From the human T2T-CHM13v2.0 reference genome, Homo sapiens, in assembly GCF_009914755.1 (NCBI RefSeq), contig NC_060943.1: DNA of 64,000 nt. The stretch is one strand, 5' to 3'. Of this stretch, positions 49,300 through 63,024 are shown one piece after another. A model generated the notes under the pieces. The model ran no database searches and was not told where the DNA came from. It was given only the letters and a program-made list of their open reading frames with translations. Made by a program: the position numbers and the translations under genes. Every line of letters begins with the position of its first letter. The stretch's first letter is position 1.

Positions 49300-51060
49300 A
49301 CTCAAAACAACTTAAGATTTATAAAAAATTGAGAAGGAGGTATAGATTTCCCAGTTTCACCTATTACTAACACCTTACATTCATATATTTGTTATAGTTA
49401 ACGAAGATATATTGATACATTATCATTAATTGAAGTCCATTATTAAATATTGCCCGTACTTCAAATCTGGATTTCCTTAGTTTCTAATATCCTCTTTCTG
49501 TTTCAGGATCCCATCTAGGATACCACATCACATTTAGTCATCATGTCTCTTTAGGATCCTCTAGACCAGGTGTCCCTATTTCCTGAGCCACAGACCCATT
49601 AGCAACCGGGCTGCCCAGCAGGAGATGAGTGGCAGGTGAGCAAAAGTTACTGCCTGAACTCTGCCTCCTGTCTTATCAGCAGCGGCATTAGACTCGCACA
49701 GGAGCACAAACCCTATCGTGAACTGTGCATACAAGGGATCCAGGTTGCACGCTCCTTATAAGACTCTAATGCCTGATGATCTGAGGTAGGACAGTTGCAT
49801 CCCGAAATGATCTCTCCTCCCCTCCTGCTCCCTATCTGTGGAAAAACTGTCTTCCATGAAATTGGTCCCTCTTGCCAAAAAGATTGGGGACTGCTGCTCT
49901 AGACTGTGATACTTTGTCTGACTTTCCTTGTTTTGATGATCTTTACAGTTTTGCGAAGTCTTAGGTAGGTATTTTACAAAATGCTGCTCTATTGGAATTT
50001 GGTATTTTTCTTAGATTGGGGTTATGAGTTCTCAGGAGGAAGACCAAAGGGTAAAGGGCCATTTTCATCTTATCTTATCAAGGATACTTGCTATCAACAC
50101 GGTTTATGACTGCTGATGTGGACTTCGATCACCTGCTAGTCTTTGTCAGGTTTCTGCACCATAAAGTTACTCTTTCTTCTCCTCCATATTCTACGCTTCG
50201 AAAGGAAGTCACTGTGTAGCCCACAGTTAAGAATCAGGGAGTGTAGCTCTCCAGCCTGAGGGCAGACTATCAATTATTTGGAGTTCTGCATGGGAGATTT
50301 GCCTCTTCTCTGTCATTTATACATTTATTCCATCATTTATTAACATCTGTAGGGACTCATGGATATTCATCTCATACTTTGGGTTATAATCCAATACTAC
50401 GTTATTTGTTTTGCCACTCAAATAGTTCCAGCTTTGGGCACTGGGGGCACTTTCATTTGGCTCCTGTGGCCCTTTGATATAGTCTTATGGATGGAATGTT
50501 TATGTCTCCCCAAATTCATATGTTGAAGCCCTGCCCCACATGTGATGATATTTGGAGATGGGGTCTTTGGGAGGTAATTAAGGTTAAGATGAGGTCATGG
50601 GGTGGGGCACTCGGGATGGGATTAGTACCCTTATATGAAGACATGCTGGAGAATTCGGTCTCTCCCCACACAGACTCCCCAACAAGTGCACAAAGAAGAG
50701 ATCATGTGAGCACACGGGGATATTGCAGCTACCTCCATGCCAAGAAAAGAGGCTTCAGAGTAAAATTTACCTCGCCAGCACCTTGATCTTGGACTTCTCA
50801 GCCTCGGGACCATGAGAAACAAAGTTGTGTTGTTTACGCCCTCAAGTCTATGGTATTTTGTCATGGCAGCCTCAGCTGACTGAGACACACCTCCCCAATT
50901 GCTTCACTTTCTGAGGACTTCCTTACTTTCTGGCACTGCAAGATGTTCCAGGCTCACCTTGTATATTTCCTGCCCCAGCCCTAGAATCAGCCACTTCTGT
51001 AAGGAGCCGGCTCCTGTTATTGGAGAATAGTATTGGAAACCAACAACAGGCTCCTAGGTA
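49300..51060 (-). mobile_element. Old L1MC/MD 3' region hosting MER1B and an MST/MLT1A LTR (50485-50888 +)
   Basis: CAGGATCCCATCTAGGATACCACATCACATTTAGT; LTR CCCCAAATTCATATGTTGAAGCCC...GACTGAGACA. Confidence 0.75.
49567..49896 (+). mobile_element. MER1B-like hAT-Charlie DNA transposon
   Basis: 330 bp, CAG...CTG ends, 8-bp TSD CTCTAGAC (49559-49566, 49897-49904). Confidence 0.88.
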
Positions 51061-51237
51061 GCAAATTATTCTTGGATGGACACACTAGAAAACACTTATT
51101 TTGTGCCTCCTATGTGCCAGGCACTATGCTAGCTCCTTTTCATGTTGGTTTACTTAATCCTCATAACAATTCTATGAAATATTTACTGTCAATCCTCCCC
51201 AGATGAGGACTGGAGGTGTAGCTGGGTTGAGTGCTAG

Positions 51238-51697
<460 letters not shown>

Positions 51698-53056
51698 TGA
51701 CATGTACTTATCCTTAAGACAGATGATGTGTCTCAACTCATGGAATAATGAAATCTGACAAACTGAAAAGTGCTTTAGAATGGACATTCACAGTACTTGC
51801 CAACTGCTCAAGCTTAGACCGTGTCAGATTTTTTGCTATCATCCATAGGACTCCCTTATGAGATGTGGGTATGTTCTAAGACAAACACTTAGCATCACAG
51901 CTGTTAGGATTTCAAACAGTGCTTCCAGAGATAAAACTGGAGGTTTACATTTTGCCCTCAAGCATGGGGATCATATCACACAAGAAAGAACAGATTAGTC
52001 AGCCAGGGTGAGTAAGGCTTCCATCAGAGCGACCACAGTGTGATCTGCCACTTGAAATGCCTATTGATGGGTTTGTCTGCCCAGCACTTCTTTTTCCTCC
52101 GAGATCAGCCCCTGCCAACCTCTCCAGAGCAGCCATGTTCATCCATCATGACCTGCTTTTAACACTTGATCATTCCTAGATGAGCACGTGACCCAGCTGT
52201 GCCAATCCAAGAGTCCTTGCCTAGGACTGTTGGAACAGGAACTTAAAATGAGAGTTGGCCCTTCTTTAGGGACTGAAGCTGTGAACACTGAGATTGTCAT
52301 TGGCCGTGTGAAGAAGGTTTATGTGCCAGCAGAAAGCATAATGAAATCAACAGGAAGACACATACACACTTACACACACACACATACACACAGAGAGAGA
52401 GAGAGAGAGAGAGACAAAGACATCTGTTCTTGGTTCTGACATGACCTGGGTATTTCATGGAGTGGCCTAGCATCTTTCACCAAGGGCTTGCTTAATGCTT
52501 AGGCTAGTCAGGGATGGTTTTCACTTACTTCCAACCAAAGAGCCTTTACCAATGCAGAATGATTGATAATCATATTATCACCAACATACTGCAAGACATC
52601 AACTGAAACTCAAATCTGACGGACATTTTCCCAGCTCTCAAATATTACAGATACAGTCTGGATCTCCTGTCAAAGGTGGTTAACTTGGCTGTTTAGTTTT
52701 TCAGAAACTTTCCAAATATACATTAATTTATTTCAGTTTGCATAGTAAACTTCTATTGATCTGGCTTTCAAATACAAAAAAATCAAATTACTAAATTGTT
52801 CCTCCACTCTACCTTGTGGAAACAAATGAAATAAGGTGTGGTAACTAAGGAACTGCTCTAAAAATAACACCTTTTAGGATACAACATAGGGTCAACATCA
52901 TGACCTTCAATATTTTTTGTGTTTAGTGCCTGAATCAGCAAAGCAGTATAAGCACAGCTTGGCCTCATTTTGCAGTGTGTTTTAGTCTACTATGATTCTA
53001 TGGATGCAATTTGTTTATAATTCATGTATGAGCATCGTGGTAATAATAGCTAATAC

Positions 53057-53491
53057 TTTTTTTATTTTTTGAGACTGAGTCTCGCTTGGTTTCCCAGGCC
53101 GATCTAGGCTCACTGCAATCTCTGCCTCCCGGGCTCATGTGATCCTCCCACCTCAGCCTCCTGAGTAGCTGGGACCATAGGCACATGCCACCCATCACAC
53201 CCAGTACTTTGGGAGACCGAGGTGGGAGAATCATAAGCCCAGGAGTTTGAGACTGGCCGGGACAACATAGTGAGACTCCATCTCTAAAAATATTTCATCT
53301 CTCAAAAAATTTTAAAAATAAACCAGGTGTGGTGATGCACGTCTGTAGTCCTAACTACTTGGGAGGCTGAGGTGGGAGGACTGCATGAGCCCAGGAGTTC
53401 AAGGCTGCAGTGAGCTATGCTCATGCCATTGCACTCCAGCTTTAGCCTCCCAAAGTGGTGGGATTACAGGAGTGAGCCACTCTAGCCAGCC
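53057..53491. mobile_element. Chimeric Alu: antisense Alu whose middle is replaced by a sense Alu segment
   Basis: Outer TSD TAGCTAATACTTTT at 53047 and 53495; inner sense piece 53200-53442 has no tail. Confidence 0.8.
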
Positions 53492-54369
53492 ATGTAGCTA
53501 ATACTTTTGAGGTACCAAGCAGGCACTGTTTTAGGGGTCTAGCACACTAATTCCTTTAATCCTCAGAGCGACACTGTTGTCTTCTCCATTTACAGATGAC
53601 AGAGAGGTTAAGTAATTTGGCCAAGGCTGCACATCTAGCAAGCGGTGAAGCTGTGGACACTAGTGTTCATATCTCTTAGGTAACTAATGTAGTTAATCAT
53701 AGTGGCTGTCAGGTAACTACAATATTCAATGAATACAACAGCCTACTTCCCAAGTCCTTTGGAGGGTTTTTTTATTTTAAATTTTTTTAAATTAAATAGA
53801 GATGAGGGGTCTCACTATGTTGCCCAAGCTGGTCTTGAACTCCTGGCTTCAAGTGATCCTCTCACCTCGGCCTCCCAAAGTGCTATAGAGGCTACTCAGT
53901 CTTTGGATTTGTAGAATATATATTGATTACTGTAAGGCAGAGAGATATGCAGGAAATTTTTCTTTTACTGTGATGGCTTGGATCCCTGTGACTTGTAAAA
54001 AAAGCTACATAGTAGACCTCCAAGGCTTCACCAGGCTCTCGTTTCCTTATGGAGAACAAATCTTTCGGAAGCTTCTATCTCTTAGGGTAAAAATCTGAAT
54101 GTTTCTTGGGCCCACATGGCCCTGCCTATCTTGTTGGTCTCCACTTTACTTTCAGCCACTTTAGCCTTAAATTTCTCCCATCACAGGGCCCCGGACAAGA
54201 ATTCCCTGTGACTGCTGCACCCACGTCCTCTGTATTGCCTAGCCAAATCCTGTCAATTTTTCAGGCTTCCCCGGACCCATCAGACTAGGTCTGGTTCGCT
54301 TCTGATTTCTCACAGCGTCTTGTACTGCTTTCTTGTAGTATCTATGAAAATGGTAATTGAAAAATTGTG

Positions 54370-56149
<1,780 letters not shown>

Positions 56150-56387
56150 CATTGTTCACCGTTGTGACCCCTTTTAATTTTTATTTATTGCTTTATCATC
56201 TTACTGATTCCTCGAAACAATCTTACGGGGCGAGCCGGTTCCATGGGCGCTGAAGAAACATTTCCTCTTTCAAAGCCTCAATTTTTTGAACGATACGCGT
56301 TGCTAAAGAGGAAGCAATTAAACCTATCAGGCGAGTTCTGCCCTCCGCCCAGCGAGCTGCTGCTTCCTGGTGTTAAAACGCTTTCGG

Positions 56388-56735
<348 letters not shown>

Positions 56736-56909
56736 TTATTTTCAGAGATCACCTCGCACCCATGCACCTGGAAGGCACCCAAAGAGAATCATTTTAAGAA
56801 ATTCACTTCATCTCACCCTAACAACAAAGCACAGCCTGCAGCACATGGATTTCACCCATGTGACATCAATGCTAATCCTATGTGTGAAACATCTGGGTTC
56901 ATTCGATTT

Positions 56910-57040
56910 TTTAAAAATTAGTAACTGAGATGGGGTCTCGCTATGTTGTCCAGGCTGGTTCTCCAACGCCTGGGCTCAAGCCATTCTCCCGCCTCGGCCT
57001 CCCTCGGCGCTGAGATTATAGGCGGGAGCCACCGCGTCAG
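56910..57040 (-). mobile_element. FLAM/Alu monomer at CpG-island edge
   Basis: Reverse Alu left monomer with several CpGs retained. Confidence 0.8.
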
Positions 57041-57479
57041 CCTCCACTCTTTTTGCGGCGACAAAGCCCGCCCGCCTGCGGGGCGTTCCGTTCGCAGAAA
57101 CTCTGTGAGGGACGCCGCGGGGGCTTCCAAGGGACGCGGCGAAACCAAAACAGTCGCCGGTGGTTCACAAAACCACCTCAGAAAATGCTTCCAAAGGCAC
57201 GTCTGGCCTCCACAAGGTGACGGCTTTTCAGCCTCCGACTCGAACTTGAGTCGTCCACAGCACTAGGCCGCCGCCAGCCCGGGCGAGCTGCCTAGGGACC
57301 GCGGACGCCGCAGCAAGCAGCTCCCTGCTCCCGCCACACCCGCCGAGCCAGCCGCGCGGAACCCACTCCCCCACCGTGGGCCCGCCTCCCGCCGCCAGCC
57401 TGCCCACGATTGGTCGACTGGGCTGCCCGTCGCGAGAGAAGGCGGTGCCTCCGGCAGGCCGGCGCTCCCATTGGCCGGG

Positions 57480-57566
57480 ATGGCGGCGGCGGCGCGCGCG
57501 GCCCCGGCGAGCAGGGGAAGCCGGTGGCCGCGGCTGCGGAACGGGCGGAGGCTGCCGGTTTCGTAA
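57480..57566 (+). promoter_or_regulatory. Candidate 28-codon uORF (MAAAARAAPASRGSRWPRLRNGRRLPVS*)
   Basis: gggATGG strong Kozak to TAA 57564-57566. Functional only if the TSS lies upstream of 57480. Confidence 0.35.
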
Positions 57567-57680
57567 CCGTCGCTCCTCCTCGCTGACTCGCGGGCTGTGA
57601 GGCCTGGGTCGGCTCGGGCCGCACCGCGCGGGGCCGCTCGGAGTGGAGGCCGCCTGGGGGCAGGCGGGCTAGAGGAGCAG
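57490..57680 (+). other. CEBPG: CEBPG non-coding exon 1 (5' end approximate)
   Basis: Lies in the CpG island and ends at a strong donor, GAGCAG|GTAAGG (GT at 57681). The TSS cannot be fixed from sequence. Confidence 0.85.
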
Positions 57681-57855
57681 GTAAGGAGGCTGCGGCGGGC
57701 GCCCTGAGAACGGGGAGGAGGAGGCCGCGGCGACGCCGGCTGCTCGACTGGGTGCGGGCCCGGCTCGGGGAAACCCAGCCCCGGCCCCAGACGGCCCGCT
57801 GGCCCGGGAAGGCCACGCGAGGCTGGAGGCGCGGGCGGCGGCGCCGCGCGGCGTC

Positions 57856-57864
57856 TGATGCAAC
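57856..57864 (+). promoter_or_regulatory. C/EBP-ATF response element (CARE/AARE) TGATGCAAC
   Basis: Exact match to the TGATGxAAx consensus, ~175 nt into intron 1 inside the CpG island. Confidence 0.65.
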
Positions 57865-60239
57865 CTGCCGGCAACACCCGGCGGGGACGCTGAGCTCATT
57901 CCTGGCCGCGGCCCAGCGCTGCGGCGCCGCCCGTCGACCCCCGCGCTGCCCGGGGCGCCCCTCGCGGCGGGCCGGGAGCGCGCGAACGGCCGGGGAATGC
58001 CCCCTGCGGAGCCCGGCCCCCTCTCGGTGAAACGGGCGCTGTGACCCGCCAGGCTCGCATTGGCCCCTGGGGATGAAGGGTGTTCCCAGAATAGCAGAAG
58101 GTGGACCGAGTCGAGCTTTAGAATCCTGATCTTCTAGAAGGGCTCAGCTTGCGGTGATCGAAAATCTGTTCAGAAGTTCAAAGACTGATCAATAAAATAG
58201 GGAAAGCAACTGGTTTTTAAATGCATGACTTTGCAGAGATAATATTTTGCTTCTTTGTGGAGCTGTTGGAATGTCCTGCACTTTACTGTTGAACGTAGTT
58301 TAGAAGAACACGCAACACCTACGGGTCGAATAGAGAAGAAATGAAGCACTTCGCAGGCATAGTTGGAGGGAGCGGAGCAGGGCCGACAGCCAGCGGAGGT
58401 GACCAGATGCGAAGGATGGAAATGCATGTGTCGCGGGGGGAGGAGAGTGTTTTCCAGGGCAGCTGGTGTGTTGCTTCTCTTCCGCAGGTTTACGTGTTGG
58501 GTTTTCCTCTTGTTTGAAGTTTATACTGTAATCTGGCATCCTGAAATGTATAAGATTTAGAAAGGTCTCAATGTTGATGGGTGACACCAAAATTGGTAGT
58601 TGTGTCAGAATTGACTGCTTATATGAATAGGTTGTCACTTAAGGCAGACTTCTCCCAAAGAAATGTGACTCCCAGAGAAAATTTTAAAAGAAAATCCTAT
58701 AAGGGCTTGCTTTACGAAGACATTCTACACCTAGAAGCTCTTGATATTTAAGATGTGGTCATCTGTTAGCCCTTGAGTAGTATTTGGGATAAGCTGTTCA
58801 TAAGGTCGATTCTGCTTCTGGAAAAAGTTGCTGTAAACAAGGCTAAATAATTACAGGGTACAAGGGAGCTGAAGCATATTTCAGCTTCTTGATTCCTGCT
58901 TTTGGTGGGCACACTTGGCTGGTTCAGTTATTTTTAATACCTGCTTTTAAAAAAAGTAGATGGAAACAAAACTTCATTGAGAATATCCTTTAAATTCTCA
59001 AGATCACATCATGTCTGTCTGCAAGGCTGTCTGATCTTGGAGAGATGGTTTCATCCCTGGGAAATTAAACACTATGTGCTGAGCCCCTGGTAAAGACAAA
59101 TAGGACCTCGTGGGGCTGAATTTGGTCTCGTGGTCTAAGATTGCCTCACTTGGTCACAGTAATGGTAAATACAGGTAGCCACGATTCCAGCTGTATTGTG
59201 CGTTCTTGGGAGGGTTGGTTCCATGGGTTGTTATATTGATAGGTACACTGGCCTCCTGCGTTTGTGGCTTTCTAGCTCTATCAGTAAAAAAAAGACAAAA
59301 ATGAGCATGACCTCCTAATGGATGTTCATTTACAAATAGTCTATTTGTTTTGTGTGTTGTAAATCACTTCAAAAGGATTGGGTTAGAAAGATGATGTTGA
59401 TGTTCTTCTAATGCTCCAGTGACCCACTTCTGTACTCCCAGAAAGGGGACGTCCCCTTCCTCATGGACCCTGCGCTAGATGCTTGTGAAGATCTGCAGGG
59501 AGACACGATGCGGCTGGAGTTGACAGACCTAGGGAACAAATTTTCCCAGATGCCCAAAGAAAAGAGAAAGCACAGACCATTTAGGATACAGATAGTGGTT
59601 TAGTACTGTCAAGATGTGGTGTGAGGGAGGAGAGAGGGTCAGGACCTTGGATTTGATCCTGTAGACTGGAGCCAGAGATGAATTTTCACCAGGAGAATGA
59701 CTCACTCAGGTTTGAGTGTTCAATTGCTCTGGAGACAGAGGTTGGAGGAAGCAGGCTAGACCAGAGACCAGTGTCCCTAAGAGATGATAGTGGCCTAAGG
59801 TGATTTCGATGGGATTGGGATGGAGAGGAAGAGTAGATGGGAAGTTTTTTTTTTGTTTGTTTTAGGTGGAATTGTCAAATCCCAGAGACTAAACAGAGTT
59901 AGGACCAAGGAGAAACATCTGTGACTATTTTGAAATGTTGACCTTCATTGAGGAAATCGAGTGAAAAATTTATTTTGGTGGGCAAGGGGAGGAATATTGG
60001 GTTCTAGGTCTGTGGAGAAAAGGGACAAAAGGGTTAGGAAAATTCTTGATAGGTTTATTTTCCCAGGTGAAACTTGAGAAAAATTTGATTTTGTTTTACT
60101 CATTCTAACATTCTGCGCTTTCAGTGTGACTGACGTGAATGAACATTACTTGAATTAAGTTTGAATTAAAACAAAGCCTATTACCCACTTAGTCCACCAT
60201 TCTCAATATTCATTGGGAATCAGCAGCAGAGGCCCTCAG

Positions 60240-60406
60240 ACTTCAGTGTATTCAGAGTTACTTGGAGGTCTCCTTATGAAAAGATTACTCAGCTCTGTTC
60301 TTAGAACTCCTGATTCTAAGTCTGGGGCAGCCTGAGAAGTTACATTTCTAAAGAGTTCCTGGATGATGATGATGCTGGTCCAGGGACCACACTTTGAGAA
60401 CCACTG
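60240..60406. mobile_element. MER5-family DNA transposon in CEBPG intron
   Basis: GATGCTGGTCCAGGGACCACACTTTGAGAACCACTG terminus. Confidence 0.8.
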
Positions 60407-62932
60407 CTCTTCAGCTTTCCTGCTGTTTCCTCCTTGAGTGATTCACATGGAAGGAAGCCAGGCGCCGCCCTGCATCCTGTAGCCTGAACTTTGGAATAGT
60501 GTTTGTCCACAGAGGAGCCAGACTTGAATTTAGGACTGAGTGTCCAGCTTTCAAATAAACACTTTTTGCCTGTTGTAGGTGTTCAGTAAATGTGTGTGGA
60601 GGAACAAAGCGTAAATGAGAGTGGCCTTTTCAGTGTAAAATCACTTAGCTCTTTGATCCCCTTTTACTTGGTTAATCTTCACTTTAAGAGCTATTTATAT
60701 GGTTAAAGAACTTACTAAACAAAACATTCTTGGAGTTATTTTGATTATCTCCAAGTTTCTCTTTCTTACATTTTCACCAGTTTGTAGGTTCAGTGAATAC
60801 TCTTTTCAGGCCAAAGGGCTTACCTTTAAAACCTCACCTACCACACACGTTCAGCCTAGTACCTTGCAAGATGAGTCAGGCAGAGGTGAAAGAGCCCTTC
60901 CCTGTTCCTGTATCTTTGGATACGGAAACAGGCGTGAACGTTGCTGAACGTGGACCCTGTAGTGAGTAAGAGCTGTTTGTTAGTGACTGAAGGTCGTGGT
61001 GTGTTGTCTGTAGGAAAGTGTCTTACTATTCCACATCCCTCATTTGCATGTGGGGAACAGACAGCCATGGAAGAAAAGAGATTTGCCCAAACTAAAATAG
61101 GGGGAGCCACAGCCAAGACAAGAACTGGCCTGGTCACTGGTCTCTACCGCTTTGGATCATTGCTATCTCTGAGCATGGACAAGTTGACTGTAGAGAGCTT
61201 TAAAGGCTAAAAATATAATTGGTATATTAAAAAAAAAGTAGAGAAATAAGGTGAACATGATTATGATTGTTAAGACAGTCTCAGGGGAGGTGTTAAACAA
61301 GTTCTTAAAAATTGAGTAAAGCACCTCTCACTTGACACCAAATGGATAATAATAATGTTAGGTGGCACTAAATGTGGCTCAGATTAATACTAAACAGCCA
61401 CTTTTCTACTGGAAGAAAAATGAGGCAACCTAATGATGACCAAGGGAAATTGTGAACTGTCCATTACTGAAGATAGGCTTGGAGTGGATCGCCCTCATGG
61501 TTTGGAGGGATGCTTTTTGTCTTGCCTTAGTGTTGGCGTGAGAACAGATGACCTACTAGCTCAGAGTCGGCTGTGTGGCTTTGAAAACAATGGAAAGTAA
61601 TGACACATGGACTTTTCAAAGCAAAGATGTTTTTTAAAAAGAGACCAATAAACAGTGTACAGAATTGCCTGGCTGAAGGTTTGGGTGTAGCTACTGGTGT
61701 TTGCTAACTGAGCTTTCCCTCATTGTGGGATCACTGCATAAATCTGACTCCAGATTTTTTCCACTGATGTGATTTTAGCAGTTTTGTGAAAAGAGAACAG
61801 GATAGTTTTATGTTCCTAACACTGCTTTCTAAATTTCTAAGAGTGCCCTGATTCCTTGGTGGACACCGTTCACTGAACTTAGTTTGTCTTGAAGTGGCCT
61901 CATGTTGATAGGATAGTCACACTTTTACACTTCTTGGGGCAGCTGTAGGGACTTAATTGGATTCAGAGTAATCCACATGTGACTGCTTTTCGAAACCGTG
62001 CCTTCATTTCTGCAGGCAGCAGCACAGGGATGCTTCAGAGCTGGTGCGTCCTCCGAGCTCACACGAGCTCATTTGGTAGCACGAAGTGGCCACAGGCACG
62101 GCAGCTGCTCAGCTCCTTTGTCCAGCCTGGGTCCCAGGACCCGCACTTCCTTGGATGCATCATGAGGGCTTCTGTTTCTTTCCTTGTGGTTTCAGGTTGA
62201 GTGTGTTTTGAGTTTTACTAATTATGTCAAGAAGAAAAAACACACTTTTTACAAGCTTGGTGGGATGGGGAGCAAATTGAGTGTCAGAGCTCCTAAATTC
62301 AAGAAACTGACTCAGTAAATTTGGTTAAACTGTGGAATTATCATTTGAGGTCATTAAAAAAATAAAGCAAAAAACTACCTTTTCAAAATATCCGATGAAG
62401 AGAGCTCTGGGAGAGAACTCAAGTCCTCGATGACTCCCTCTCTGCATATTAGAACATGGAACCCGCAGGGGTGATAGCATGAGAGCGCTGGAGACAGGGT
62501 GCGCAACCCCAGCCTTCTGTTTTGACTTGAACCAACAATGGAAACTTTTCCCCCCTTTCATTGCAGGTGTCTCTCCTACTACAGTCAGCTGCAGCTCCTC
62601 CCTGGGAGATTGTCAAGTGCTGTTAGTTCACATGCGCCACCTAATTAGTGGAAGTCTTTTGTTTTCCTCCCATTTTTGATAACAATCGCAGAGGGGCAGT
62701 GCCCTCAGGGATCCAGGTGGGCTGAGTTTCGCCTGATGGTGCTTCTGTGCTTACTTACCTTTCTAAGTGAAATGATTTAGACTTCAGAAACATTGGAACA
62801 GTTGGCAGTTGCTGTAGACTTTTCTCAGCAGAATCAATTAATGTTGGCCTGATGTTAGGTACGTACAAGTTTGATCTCATTTGATCCTGTCATTTCAAAT
62901 ATTTTAATGCAATTTATTTTTTAACTAGGTAC

Positions 62933-62938
62933 ATGTGA
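62933..62938 (+). promoter_or_regulatory. Start-stop uORF (ATG TGA) in CEBPG 5'UTR
   Basis: gtacATGTGAag at the start of exon 2, 86 nt before the main ATG. Confidence 0.75.
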
Positions 62939-63024
62939 AGATTTTTTGGCAGCTTAGCGTGGAAACCATTGATCACCCTGCTCTCATTTCTACCTGTTCT
63001 GTGTTGGCAAGGGAGAGTGCCCAA

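Larger units (their letters stand above)
57000..58100. promoter_or_regulatory. CEBPG: CEBPG CpG-island promoter
   Basis: Very high GC/CpG content; inverted CCAAT boxes (ATTGG 57409-57413, 57470-57474); GC-box-like CCCGCC; YY1-like GATGGCGGC at 57479; no TATA box. Confidence 0.93.
57681..62928 (+). other. CEBPG: CEBPG intron 1 (GT-AG, 5248 nt)
   Basis: Donor GTAAGG at 57681; acceptor tttattttttaactAG ending 62928, followed by GTACATGTGAAG leading to the CDS. Confidence 0.85.

Noticed and set aside
57404-57413. CCACGATTGG as an ER-stress element
   Set aside because: Contains both half-sites, but order and spacing fit neither ERSE (CCAAT-N9-CCACG) nor ERSE-II (ATTGG-N-CCACG).
57263-58030. Pro/Arg/Ala-rich ORFs up to 204 aa on both strands
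   Set aside because: Expected from stop-codon scarcity in a CpG island; no domain signature.
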